DNA from: Sedimentisphaerales bacterium | Lineage (GTDB): Bacteria > Planctomycetota > Phycisphaerae > Sedimentisphaerales > Anaerobacaceae | Length of the DNA stretch: 64,000 bases | Reading direction: 5' to 3' | NCBI GenBank assembly: GCA_035529895.1 | Contig: DATKVV010000022.1 | Span: forward strand, 1 to 64,000 | In this document: piece after piece, positions 25,297 to 37,441 of the stretch | How the letters are laid out: every line of letters begins with the position of its first letter | Numbering within the stretch: the first letter of the stretch is position 1 | The notes under the pieces: model-generated | The model's database searches: none | What the model saw: the letters and a program-made list of their open reading frames with translations, nothing else | Told to the model about the DNA's origin: nothing | Position numbers and translations under genes: made by a program

Positions 25297-25752
25297 CTAT
25301 TTCCTGACTTTCACCACGAGCTTATGGACGTTGGACTTGCCGTCGTGGTAGTCGTAGCAGGGCTTGTGCGCATCGTCGGGGTAGAATATCGCGAACATGC
25401 CTTTTGCCAGTTTGACCTCGGTGAACATCTGCGGGTCTGCGTATTTGGCGACGTCAGGCTTGTACGGCTGAACCACATCCTTGAGCGTCTCGGTCAGCGC
25501 GTATCCTATCGTCTCTTCGCCGTCTATGATTGCCTGGATATCGATATAGTCCTTGTGGGCCTCGAACAGGGCGTCGGCCTTGTTCTTGGTCGGGTATCGC
25601 TGAATCATGTAGAACAGGTTGTCGCCGTCCACTTCGTATTTGCCGTTTTCCCGGTCGGTGACGCTGGCATCTGTCAGAAGTTCCAGACCTTTGGCAATGC
25701 CGTCAGAGAGCCCCTTGTAAAGCTGGGCGTTTTCGATTTTGTCAACGATCAT
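25297..25752 (-). CDS. YhcH/YjgK/YiaL family protein (DUF386).
   Basis: The MIVDKIENAQLY start is typical of the family. ggagg SD. The start codon is 1 nt after the glyQS stop, indicating translational coupling. Confidence 0.6.
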   Translation of the reverse strand: MIVDKIENAQLYKGLSDGIAKGLELLTDASVTDRENGKYEVDGDNLFYMIQRYPTKNKADALFEAHKDYIDIQAIIDGEETIGYALTETLKDVVQPYKPDVAKYADPQMFTEVKLAKGMFAIFYPDDAHKPCYDYHDGKSNVHKLVVKVRK

Positions 25753-25753
25753 T

Positions 25754-27220
25754 TCAGACCTCCAATCTTTCACGAATATGGGTTAGTAAGCTGTCGGTTG
25801 ACACTCTGACCTGCTCCATCGAGTCGCGCTGCCGCACGGTAACGGTGGTATCCTGTTTAGTCTGGCCGTCGACGGTGACGCAGAAGGGAGTGCCGGCTTC
25901 GTCCTGCCTGCGATACCGCCGGCCGACCGCGCCTTTTTCGTCGTAGAAGCAGTTGAAATACTTTTTCAAATTATTGTAAATGTTGCGGGCTATTTCGGGC
26001 ATGCCGTCCTTTTTGACCAGCGGGAAGACGCCTACCTTTATGGGGGCCAGGTCGGGGTGGAATCGCAGCAGGTTTCTGGTTTCGCCGCGGACCTCTTCTT
26101 CGTCGTAGGCATCGACAAGGAAGGCAAGCGCGCTTCGGTCTATGCCGGCACTCGGCTCAATCACATACGGTATGTAACGCCTTTTCTGCTGTTCGTCGAA
26201 GTAAGAGAGCGGGCCCGACTGGTAATCGGCGGCTTCGGACGCCAGCTCGATTTTTGTCACGTCGCGGTCGTTTTCGAACCATTGGTTGAGGGTTCTGATT
26301 CCGCGCTGGTGCTGTCGGAGGTCGTAGTCGGTGCGGTTGGCAATGCCCTCAAGCTCCTGCCAGTCGCCGGAGCCGAAGGGGAACCTGTACTCGACATCGA
26401 CGCAGGCCTTGGCGTAGTGGGCCAGCTCATCGCCGGTGTGCTGGCGCATACGCAGGTTGTCTTTTTTTATACCCAGGTCGATGTACCAGTTGAAGCGAAG
26501 CTCTTTCCACGTGTTCCACCACTGCTCATCGGTGCCCGGCTCACAGAAGAACTCAAGCTCGGCCTGCTCGAATTCGCGAGTACGAAAGATGAAGGCCTTG
26601 GTGGTGACCTCGTTTCTAAAGCTTTTTCCTATCTGGGCGATGCCGAAGGGGATTTTGACCCTGGTTGTGTTAAGAACATTCGCGAAATTGGCAAAGATTC
26701 CCTGGGCGGTTTCGGGGCGAAGATAGAGCGTCATCGAATCATCGACGTTGGCGCCCATTTGGGTCTCGAACATGAGCTTAAAGGGCATCGGCTCGGTAAA
26801 TTGTCCGACGGTGCGGCAGTTGGGACAGACTTTATTGCTCAGGTCGCCGAGGGCGGCTACGGCCGAGTCAAGCGAGATGTGGGCGGTGTGCTCTTCGACG
26901 TGGTCGGTGAGATGGTCGACCCTGGTCCTTACGTTGCATTTTCTGCATTCGGCTATCAGGTCGGCGAATTTGTCGGTGTGGCCGGAGGCCTTCCAGACCA
27001 AGGGGTGCATCAGGATGCTGCAGTCGAGACCGACGACGTCGTCGCGCATCTGGACGACGCTGCGCCACCAGGCCTTTTTTACGTTGTTCTTTAATTCGAC
27101 GCCGAGCGGTCCGTAGTCGTAGCAGCTTGCCAGGCCGCCGTAGATTTCGCTGGACTGAAATATGAAGCCCCGCCGCTTGCACAGCGACACGATATCATCA
27201 AGTTTGGTAATTCTACTCAT
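25754..27220 (-). CDS. glyQS: Glycyl-tRNA synthetase, alpha2 dimeric type.
   Basis: The N-terminus MSRITKLDDIVSLCKRRGFIFQSSEIYGGL is diagnostic of GlyQS. Class II aaRS core. Zn-binding insertion CRKC..CPNC. Confidence 0.85.
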   Translation of the reverse strand: MSRITKLDDIVSLCKRRGFIFQSSEIYGGLASCYDYGPLGVELKNNVKKAWWRSVVQMRDDVVGLDCSILMHPLVWKASGHTDKFADLIAECRKCNVRTRVDHLTDHVEEHTAHISLDSAVAALGDLSNKVCPNCRTVGQFTEPMPFKLMFETQMGANVDDSMTLYLRPETAQGIFANFANVLNTTRVKIPFGIAQIGKSFRNEVTTKAFIFRTREFEQAELEFFCEPGTDEQWWNTWKELRFNWYIDLGIKKDNLRMRQHTGDELAHYAKACVDVEYRFPFGSGDWQELEGIANRTDYDLRQHQRGIRTLNQWFENDRDVTKIELASEAADYQSGPLSYFDEQQKRRYIPYVIEPSAGIDRSALAFLVDAYDEEEVRGETRNLLRFHPDLAPIKVGVFPLVKKDGMPEIARNIYNNLKKYFNCFYDEKGAVGRRYRRQDEAGTPFCVTVDGQTKQDTTVTVRQRDSMEQVRVSTDSLLTHIRERLEV

Positions 27221-27291
27221 AACCTGCCTATCATTTGGGAAGCGTTAACCCTGGTATTTGCCTTTCTGCACTGACCGCAGAGGACATATTT

Positions 27292-27936
27292 CTATTTCTG
27301 ACCGGCACCGGCTGTCCACAGGCGAACTCCGTACAGCAAACTCATCAGCACCATCACGGCGCCGACGGTCCAGATAATTGTGACAGTGCCCATATAGGCG
27401 ATGAGGTAATACCCCGCGGCAAAAGTTCCAAAAATGCTGCCCGCGGCGCCCCACGCGTAAATATCGCCGACGGTTCTGCCGGTCGGCAAGCCTCTTTCCA
27501 AAGCCATTTTAGCCACCACGGGACTTATGGTTCCCAGAAGTGTTGAGGGCAACAAGAAGACAAGCGATACGTGCAGGAAGGTGCGCATGGGCCAACTGAA
27601 TTGCCACAGCCATGTCCATCGGCCGACGAGGTTGTTCAAGACTATGCTTGTGACACAGGTTACCGCAGAAACGGCGAAAAAAACGGCCAGGGCTTTTCCG
27701 GGCTTGAAGCGGTCTGCTATCCGCCCGCCCAGATAGTTACCGAGAGTAATTCCTGCGAGCACCACGCCGATAACAGCGGTCCAAGTGTACAGTGATGAAC
27801 CGAGGTAACGCGCGATTATGCGTCCGGCGACAAGCTCAATGACCATGATACAGAAACTCGAAATGAATACCGTGGCACAGGGAATAATGAGCGATTTTGA
27901 AGCTCCGGACTTTGCCATTACTTGTTCGGCTTCCAT
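27292..27936 (-). CDS. Polytopic membrane protein (about 6 TM), resembling the membrane domain of spermidine-synthase-like fusion proteins.
   Basis: Hydrophobicity pattern. ORF track. Confidence 0.45.
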   Translation of the reverse strand: MEAEQVMAKSGASKSLIIPCATVFISSFCIMVIELVAGRIIARYLGSSLYTWTAVIGVVLAGITLGNYLGGRIADRFKPGKALAVFFAVSAVTCVTSIVLNNLVGRWTWLWQFSWPMRTFLHVSLVFLLPSTLLGTISPVVAKMALERGLPTGRTVGDIYAWGAAGSIFGTFAAGYYLIAYMGTVTIIWTVGAVMVLMSLLYGVRLWTAGAGQK

Positions 27937-28071
27937 CGTTTATAATCCTTTCTGAAGCTGTGTTTTTTGAGTAATTTCGGTTTATCGTAAAATCAATCGG
28001 TTCATTATATAAAGAAAATCGCTTATTACAAGCACGGAAAGATTAGGCAGAAGTCGGGAGTCTGTGTCATA

Positions 28072-29310
28072 ATGGGGACGAAGGTTTGCATAATCGGTGC
28101 AGGTCCGGCCGGGTTAATGGCGGCGATTTTCGCCGCCGGGGCAAACACCGAAACTACGGTGGTAGAGGCCAACACCACAGCGGGGCGAAAGCTGCTTCGA
28201 ACGGGAGGCGGGCGGTGTAATCTTACGCATTGTGATAGTATAGACGATTTCATTAGAGCTTTGGGTTCGGGCATGAGATTTATTCGGTACTGCCTGCACG
28301 AATTTTCGCCTCAGGCCGTTATGAAGTTTTTCGCAGATAAAGGACTTGAAACGAGAATCGAGAGAGACGGCTGCGTATTTCCGGCCAGCGACCGGGCGAG
28401 CGATGTCAGGGACGTTCTTTTGGCCGAAGCGAGAAGACTTGGAGTGCGATTTCTATATGACAGGCGGGCTGAGAGCGTTTCCAAGGGCAGTGATGGTTTT
28501 TTCGAAGTGAGGACTGTCAGGGAAACTGTGCGAGCGGAAAAGGTAATTGTCGCTACGGGCGGCGTCAGCTGGCCCGAGACCGGCTCGGCGGGGTCCGGCT
28601 ATGTATTTGCGCGAGAGCTGGGTCATACCATAATCGAGCCGAGAGGAGCACTTTTGCCGCTTTTGACGAGCGAAAGATGGGTGAGTGAACTGGCAGGGAC
28701 AGCTTTGGAAAAGGTCAGGATATCGACGAGGGCTGGTAAGAGCAAAATCACGGTTGGCGGCGCGATGCTTTTTACGCAGGATGGTATCGGAGGCCCTGCG
28801 GCGCTTGACCTGAGCAGGCTTATCGCCGATTATCTGCCGAGCTACGAGAGGCCAATTGAAATTGCGGTTGATATGGTGGTCGACCTCGACCAGCGCGCTG
28901 TTGAGAAGAGCGTCGTGCAGGCTTGTGCGGAAAATCCCAAAAAGACGCCGACAAACATTTTGTCGGGGTTTGTGCCACGGCGGGTGGCGGCGGTTTTGTG
29001 CAGGCAGCTTAATACAGACGGCAATTTGACCTGCGGCCAGCTCAAGAAAGATGAACGCAAGAGGCTGGTGGTGCTCCTGAAGGCCCTGCCTCTTTCGGTT
29101 AGGAACAGCCGGCCGATTACAGAGGCGATGGTGACGCGTGGAGGGGTGAGCACGGAAGAGATAAATGCCAAAACTATGGAGTCGAAGATTTGTCCGGGTC
29201 TTTTTTTTGCCGGTGAGGTCATAAATGTCGACGGGCCGTGCGGGGGATATAATCTGCAGATATGCTGGTCGACCGGTGGGTTGGCGGGCCGGTCGGCGGC
29301 GTGTGGGTAA
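28072..29310 (+). CDS. BaiN/HI0933 (YhiN)-family FAD-dependent oxidoreductase.
   Basis: N-terminal GAGPAG dinucleotide-binding motif, then GGGRCN and a C-terminal GGYNL-like region typical of the HI0933 family. Confidence 0.7.
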   Translation: MGTKVCIIGAGPAGLMAAIFAAGANTETTVVEANTTAGRKLLRTGGGRCNLTHCDSIDDFIRALGSGMRFIRYCLHEFSPQAVMKFFADKGLETRIERDGCVFPASDRASDVRDVLLAEARRLGVRFLYDRRAESVSKGSDGFFEVRTVRETVRAEKVIVATGGVSWPETGSAGSGYVFARELGHTIIEPRGALLPLLTSERWVSELAGTALEKVRISTRAGKSKITVGGAMLFTQDGIGGPAALDLSRLIADYLPSYERPIEIAVDMVVDLDQRAVEKSVVQACAENPKKTPTNILSGFVPRRVAAVLCRQLNTDGNLTCGQLKKDERKRLVVLLKALPLSVRNSRPITEAMVTRGGVSTEEINAKTMESKICPGLFFAGEVINVDGPCGGYNLQICWSTGGLAGRSAACG

Positions 29311-29520
29311 GGCTGCCCGACCACACGCCCTATAAGTTTGGGATAAAGGACCGTTGTTGTTGACTGTTTGAAAATTGCTGTATTGTCAAGAAACCTCTTA
29401 TATATTATGGACGATAAATAGTATTGGGATGAGTTTCTATACGAGTCATTGCCGTACCTGAGCCAAGATTCGAGTCCGTAGGACCTGTGCGCGGCAATGC
29501 GGCCCACAAAGGGGAGGCCC

Positions 29521-30552
29521 ATGACGAGAGCGGCAAAAGTCAAAGACTGGGAAGGACTTTCGGACGAGGAAATCCTGCAGATGCGGGTTCGAGACCTCGG
29601 GGTTCAAATCGCCGGGTCTGCTCTCGAACCGCTCATTCAGAAACTCTATGAGGAGCTGGATGCAAAAGGGATAAGCTTTCATCCTGCGTGCTATCTGGCG
29701 GACGAGTGGCTGTGCCCCGACAAGGTGCCAATTATCGGGATTCCTTTCTGCCTGGCGCACCCGCGGCTGAAGCACATCGAGCAGAAGATGATGTTCGAAG
29801 TCGAAGGGGGAACGGAAGAATTATGTATCGGGCTGCTGCGTCATGAATGCGGGCACGCGTTGAACTACGCGTACGAGCTTTACAAGAAGACGCGATGGCG
29901 CGAGCTGTTCGGGCCCTTTTCTGCAAGATACTCGGACAGCTATTACTTTAGGCCCTATTCGCGACGGTACGTTGTACACTTGGAAGATTATTACGCCCAG
30001 GCGCACCCGGACGAAGACTTCGCGGAGACGTTCGCGGTCTGGCTCAAGCCGGACAGTCGGTGGGAACAGAAGTACCGCGGATGGCCGGTCATTAAGAAAC
30101 TGCTGTACGTTGACGGTCTAATGAAGAAGATAGGGAGCCAGCCGGCGGTGAAAACGGTCCAGGAGCAGCCCCCGTGGTCGGCATCCCGTATGACCTCCAC
30201 ACTGGCGGCGCACTACGAGCGGAAACGCAGGGCGCTGGGAAGTGAGTTTCAGGGTTTTTACGACGACAGCCTCAAAATTTTGTTTACGGCCAAGCACGAC
30301 GGGCCGTCAGAGCTGAAGGCGTCAAAACTTCTGCGTCATCACCGCCGAGGCCTTGTCAACAGCGTTACGCGGTGGACGGGGCACCGCAAATATGATATTT
30401 ATCAGTTAGTCGATAATTTGATTACGCGATGTGAAGCCCTTGAGCTTTACGTCAGGTCGGGCGAGGCAGACAATGTTATGGGAGTCACCGCTCTGGTGGC
30501 GGCCATCGCAAGTAATACTCTTCGAAGTATCCGGAGGCACGGAGGCAAATGA
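29521..30552 (+). CDS. Putative zinc metallopeptidase (HExxH: HECGH).
   Basis: LRHECGHALNYAYEL motif. SD aaagggga before the internal ATG. Overlaps the downstream ATP-grasp gene (ATGA). Confidence 0.5.
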   Translation: MTRAAKVKDWEGLSDEEILQMRVRDLGVQIAGSALEPLIQKLYEELDAKGISFHPACYLADEWLCPDKVPIIGIPFCLAHPRLKHIEQKMMFEVEGGTEELCIGLLRHECGHALNYAYELYKKTRWRELFGPFSARYSDSYYFRPYSRRYVVHLEDYYAQAHPDEDFAETFAVWLKPDSRWEQKYRGWPVIKKLLYVDGLMKKIGSQPAVKTVQEQPPWSASRMTSTLAAHYERKRRALGSEFQGFYDDSLKILFTAKHDGPSELKASKLLRHHRRGLVNSVTRWTGHRKYDIYQLVDNLITRCEALELYVRSGEADNVMGVTALVAAIASNTLRSIRRHGGK

Positions 30553-31553
30553 GTCGAAGACTGAGAATCACGGTTCTGGTTGACACGGCCGCCATACCCG
30601 GCAACGACCCCGAATTCACTGCGGCTGAGCATGAACCGAGCACCGAATACGAGGTTATCGGCGCGCTGCGCAATTTGGGGTATAAGGCGTCGGTGCTCGG
30701 AGCGGGGGGCGATATCGGCACACTGGTCAGCAGCCTCAAGGGGCAGCGGCCACAAATCGTTTTCAACCTTACGGAGGAGTTTAGCGGCGACCGCCGACTG
30801 GACAAAAACATTGCCGGTCTTCTGGAGATGCTCGGGATTCCGTTCACGGGGACGGGGCCTGCGGGGCTGATGCTGTGCCGGGACAAGCTATTGTGCAAGC
30901 AGCTTCTGAGCCTGCACAGAATACGCGTGCCGGGCTTCGTCTCTCTGGCCGGAAACAGGGTGTTTCGCGTCCCGAAGACGCTTCGCTATCCGCTTGTGGT
31001 CAAGCCGGAGTTCGAAGACGGCTCGGAGGGCATCTCCAACGCCTCGCTGGTGGGCAATGAGGCGGAGCTGAAAGAGCGGGTGCAGTTTGTTCACGAGCGG
31101 TGGAAGCAGCCTGTGATTGCCGAAGAATACGTGGAAGGGCGGGAGCTTTATGTCAGCATTCTGGGCAACAGCCGGCTGGTTGCGCTGCCGGTTCGGGAGT
31201 GTATTTTCGACGTTAACGGAGAGGGACCGCAGATTGCGACCTACCGCGTTAAATGGAATAAGGAATACCGGGAAAAGTGGAACATCAAATTCGGATTCGC
31301 CAAGCTCGATGCGCCGATAGTCAAGAGAATCTGGCGCGTCTGCAGGAAGGTCTACCGTCTTTTGCAGATGCACGACTATGGGCGAATCGACATCAGGCTG
31401 GCCCCCGACAACAAAGTCATTATCATCGAGGCCAACTCCAACCCGGACATTGCTTACGGCGAGGAAGTGGCCGAGGCCGCCGAAAAAGCCGGCATCTCTT
31501 ACGAAAAACTCATTGACCGCATTTTGAAGCTCGCGCGGCGGCGATACAAGTGA
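30549..31553 (+). CDS. ATP-grasp enzyme (D-Ala-D-Ala ligase / RimK-like fold).
   Basis: Central LVVKPEFEDGSEGIS and EEYVEGRELYVSILGN motifs. Pre-ATP-grasp N-terminal domain. Confidence 0.6.
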   Translation: MSRRLRITVLVDTAAIPGNDPEFTAAEHEPSTEYEVIGALRNLGYKASVLGAGGDIGTLVSSLKGQRPQIVFNLTEEFSGDRRLDKNIAGLLEMLGIPFTGTGPAGLMLCRDKLLCKQLLSLHRIRVPGFVSLAGNRVFRVPKTLRYPLVVKPEFEDGSEGISNASLVGNEAELKERVQFVHERWKQPVIAEEYVEGRELYVSILGNSRLVALPVRECIFDVNGEGPQIATYRVKWNKEYREKWNIKFGFAKLDAPIVKRIWRVCRKVYRLLQMHDYGRIDIRLAPDNKVIIIEANSNPDIAYGEEVAEAAEKAGISYEKLIDRILKLARRRYK

Positions 31554-31605
31554 GGCCGGCGGAAGAGGCCGCGGGCCCCTGACAATTCGACAGCAAGTCA
31601 TTTGC

Positions 31606-32418
31606 CTATTGGGGTCGGTAGTACTGCATGGCCTCGGGGATAAGTTCTTGGATGTTTCGGATTCTGGTGGAGTCGGCCGGGTGGGTGCTCAATATCTCGG
31701 GCGGTCGAGGGCCTTTTTGTGAAGCTGACATTCGCTGCCAGAAAGAGACGGCCTCGTTAGGATTGTAGCCGGCCATCGCCATGAATATAAGTCCCAGCCG
31801 GTCGGCTTCAGACTCCTGCACCCTGCTGTAGGGAAGCAGAATGCCGACCTGGGTTCCTATGCCGTAGGAGCGCATGAACAGGTCCTTGGTACCCGTGGGG
31901 CTTTTTGCGAGGGCCTGGGACAAGGCCATGCCTCCAAACTCGACGAGCAGGCCCTGGCTCATTCTTTCGGCACCGTGTTTTGCGAAAGCGTGGGCGATTT
32001 CGTGGCCGAGCACAACAGACAGGCCCGCATCATTCTGAGCTACTGGAAGCAGGCCTGTATAGACGACGACCTTGCCGCCCGGCATGGCCCAGGCATTTAC
32101 GTTGGGGTCTTCGACGAGGTTGAAGTCCCACTGGTAGCCCTGCAACAAGTGCGAGAGGTTATTTGCGGCGGAATACTGCTCGACAGCCTTTTGAATCCTT
32201 GTGCCGACCTGTCTGACCATCTGCGTTTGCCGGGCATCGGCACTCAGTTTGCTCTGGGAGAGAAATTCGGCGTAGGACTGGAAACTCATGGAATTCATGA
32301 CCGAATCGGGCACAAGATTCAGTTGTTGCCGGCCGGTAATTGCGACCTGCGAGCAGGCGGACAGGAACAGCAGAAGACTACACATAACAAGCACTTTTGA
32401 TTTCGGCATTGTTTTCAT
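31606..32418 (-). CDS. M48-family zinc metallopeptidase lipoprotein.
   Basis: HEIAHAFAKH (HExxH), then the downstream E. Lipobox LLLFLSAC. Confidence 0.7.
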   Translation of the reverse strand: MKTMPKSKVLVMCSLLLFLSACSQVAITGRQQLNLVPDSVMNSMSFQSYAEFLSQSKLSADARQTQMVRQVGTRIQKAVEQYSAANNLSHLLQGYQWDFNLVEDPNVNAWAMPGGKVVVYTGLLPVAQNDAGLSVVLGHEIAHAFAKHGAERMSQGLLVEFGGMALSQALAKSPTGTKDLFMRSYGIGTQVGILLPYSRVQESEADRLGLIFMAMAGYNPNEAVSFWQRMSASQKGPRPPEILSTHPADSTRIRNIQELIPEAMQYYRPQ

Positions 32419-32823
32419 GGCATTTCCCCCTTTTCAGATAAACGCAACTTTATTGATTTTTGAAGACGGCGCCCCCAAAACACACGTTGGTAATTTTGCC
32501 GCATAGTCAGCCTTATATATTAAGGGGTCGGGGCGGCGCTTTTGCAAGCTTTTTTTTTGGTTTTTCGGCAGAAGGAGGCCAATTTTTTGTTGCGGTTTTC
32601 TTGCGTGGTCAGCGGGTTCAAAAGGCCGGCAGGAACCTTAAGCGGCGATTTTTTATGGCCAGTTGAGGTAAGCACAGCGGAGCAAATCCGGCGTGAAGAA
32701 TATTCAGCGTATGGCAAGAGGGCCGGACTTTCGGTTATAATTGAGCGTGCTAAAACCAATTCAACCGGGGTGCATTGAATAGCTGTGTAGAGTGCTTGTA
32801 ATAGATGAAAAGGAGGCGCTGAA

Positions 32824-33462
32824 ATGGAAAAGCTTTTGTTGGCGGCGGCGGTCATGTCCTTTTTCCTTCAGGGCTGCGCCAGAACGTGCACGGTTCGTGT
32901 CAACGGTTTTTTGGAGGCCGGCAAAGCTATTCGCGACGGGGCCGCAATATATGTGGCGGCAGACGCAAACTCGCCCAATCCTATCTTCGAGAAAGAAATC
33001 AAGGGCAAGATTGAGCAGATGCTGAGCCAGCGGGGGTACTCAGTTGCGGCCGGAGAGGAGCTCGCGGACTATCGGCTCGGCTTCGATTTCGGCGTACACC
33101 GGCGCGAGGTGTGGGGCGTTCAAAGTTATTACGGGCCCGATTGGTTCGGCTACGGGGGATACAGAGGGAGTCATTATTACGGCTGGTACGGAGCGCACAT
33201 ACCTTACACAGAGGTTTACCATGACCAGTGGCTGAGCATAAGGGTTTCGGATACGGGGCGCGAGAATGCTGCGGCAAAGGGCGCTGTGATTTGGGTGGGT
33301 GAAGCGGTGACAACAAGATTCAGCGCAGATATGAGGGAGACGATTAACTATTTGCTGGCGGCAGTCTTTGAGTATTTCGGACGGGATACAAAGAAGCGGA
33401 CAAGGGTCAAAATAGAGCAGAGCGACCCGAGGATAACAGAGCTTACGAGGTACGGCTACTGA
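32824..33462 (+). CDS. Lipoprotein of unknown function.
   Basis: Lipobox FFLQGC. aaaggagg SD. Confidence 0.45.
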   Translation: MEKLLLAAAVMSFFLQGCARTCTVRVNGFLEAGKAIRDGAAIYVAADANSPNPIFEKEIKGKIEQMLSQRGYSVAAGEELADYRLGFDFGVHRREVWGVQSYYGPDWFGYGGYRGSHYYGWYGAHIPYTEVYHDQWLSIRVSDTGRENAAAKGAVIWVGEAVTTRFSADMRETINYLLAAVFEYFGRDTKKRTRVKIEQSDPRITELTRYGY

Positions 33463-33478
33463 CAAGCTGCGTCGCCCA

Positions 33479-36106
<2,628 letters not shown>

Positions 36107-36115
36107 ATCGCAAGA

Positions 36116-37297
36116 TTATACATCCAAGCGGCCGTTTAACAACTCTGTTATGAGTGAGGCCGCCTGCTCTTTGGATTTTGCGCTGCGCAATTTCTTAAGT
36201 AAATTCTCCTGTCGGCCGGTAAAACAAACGGCGGTGCGCAAGTTAAAATCGGCCGCGGCAGAGGTCTGCGGGATTTTTGCCACGAGCTTTTCGATGCCGG
36301 TCCCAAACTTCGCACTTATTTGCACGGTGTCTGCCAATACTTCGGGCAATTTACGGGCATCGAACCTGGCAGGCAAATCGGATTTATTGAGGACCGTCAG
36401 GACTTTTTTGCCCGCGATTTTTTTGACCATCTCTTCATCAAGCTGGTCGGCAGTTTCGCTGTTATCCAAAACGAGCAGGACCACGTCGGCAATTTCCAGA
36501 ATCTCGATTGTTTTCTGCTGAGCCGCTTTTTCGACGGTCTGAGGCGCTTGGGCGAGCTTTTCATCCAATCCTGCGGTATCGACAAGCTCCACGGAAAGAG
36601 GGCCGATTTTGCAGCGGGCGCTGACCCAGTCTCGCGTTGTCCCTTTTACGTCGGTGACAATTGCCTTTTGCCTGCCGGAAAGGCAGTTCAGCAGCGTACT
36701 TTTGCCCGTATTTGGCGGCCCAATTATGGCGGCGGTGCAGCCGGCAATAATAAGTTTCGCGCTCCGGCTGTCTTCAATTACCTGCGCGGCCTCGGCGCGC
36801 ATTTGTTCGAGCGACAGCGATTTGATATCCTGCAGCCATCGTGTCGCCTTTTTGTTCAATCCCGCCTCAATTTGGTTGAGAATTATTTTCGTTCCTTCGA
36901 GCGTCACAGCCTTTGCCTGGGCAAGTCGGGCTTCAAGGGCAATTGTGCCGGTCGTTTCTTTCGCAACGAGGACTTCAGCCAGAAGTTCTTCCGGCGTTAC
37001 GAGCTTCGCTCCGCACCTGTGGAGCAGTTCCATTATCATCTCGACAACGAGAGGGTTGCCATGACAGTTTATAGCAAAGTCGTTGGCTCCTTCACAGCCG
37101 ACAATGGCCTGGTCGATGGTTTCGGCGCCGTCGGTGATTGTACCGAGGAGGATTTTGCCCGGTTTGAGGGTTGCCGGCTTATTATCGGCGGGTTTAAAGA
37201 TTTCCTTTATGAGCGCCTCGGCTGAATCGCCGAAAACCTCAATCGTCGATATAGCGCCGGCGCCTCTGCCGGTCATTAGTGCGGCCAATGTGCCCAT
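36116..37297 (-). CDS. MnmE/TrmE-like GTPase lacking the usual C-terminal C(I/L)GK motif.
   Basis: N-terminal domain GAISTIEVFG. G1 GPPNTGKSTLLN, G2 GTTRD, G3 DTAG, G4 NKSD. 393 aa, ending ..ELLNGRLDV. Confidence 0.55.
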   Translation of the reverse strand: MGTLAALMTGRGAGAISTIEVFGDSAEALIKEIFKPADNKPATLKPGKILLGTITDGAETIDQAIVGCEGANDFAINCHGNPLVVEMIMELLHRCGAKLVTPEELLAEVLVAKETTGTIALEARLAQAKAVTLEGTKIILNQIEAGLNKKATRWLQDIKSLSLEQMRAEAAQVIEDSRSAKLIIAGCTAAIIGPPNTGKSTLLNCLSGRQKAIVTDVKGTTRDWVSARCKIGPLSVELVDTAGLDEKLAQAPQTVEKAAQQKTIEILEIADVVLLVLDNSETADQLDEEMVKKIAGKKVLTVLNKSDLPARFDARKLPEVLADTVQISAKFGTGIEKLVAKIPQTSAAADFNLRTAVCFTGRQENLLKKLRSAKSKEQAASLITELLNGRLDV

Positions 37298-37441
37298 TGA
37301 CTAATCCCAAAAATAATAATACAGGGTGGTTTTCGCGGAAGATTATAACTCAAAATATCAGGGCGTGCCAGCGCCGCTCCTGCAAGAAAGGTGATGGTCT
37401 ATGAGCACGCCGCCAGCTTCGAAGACGCAAACAACATGGGG

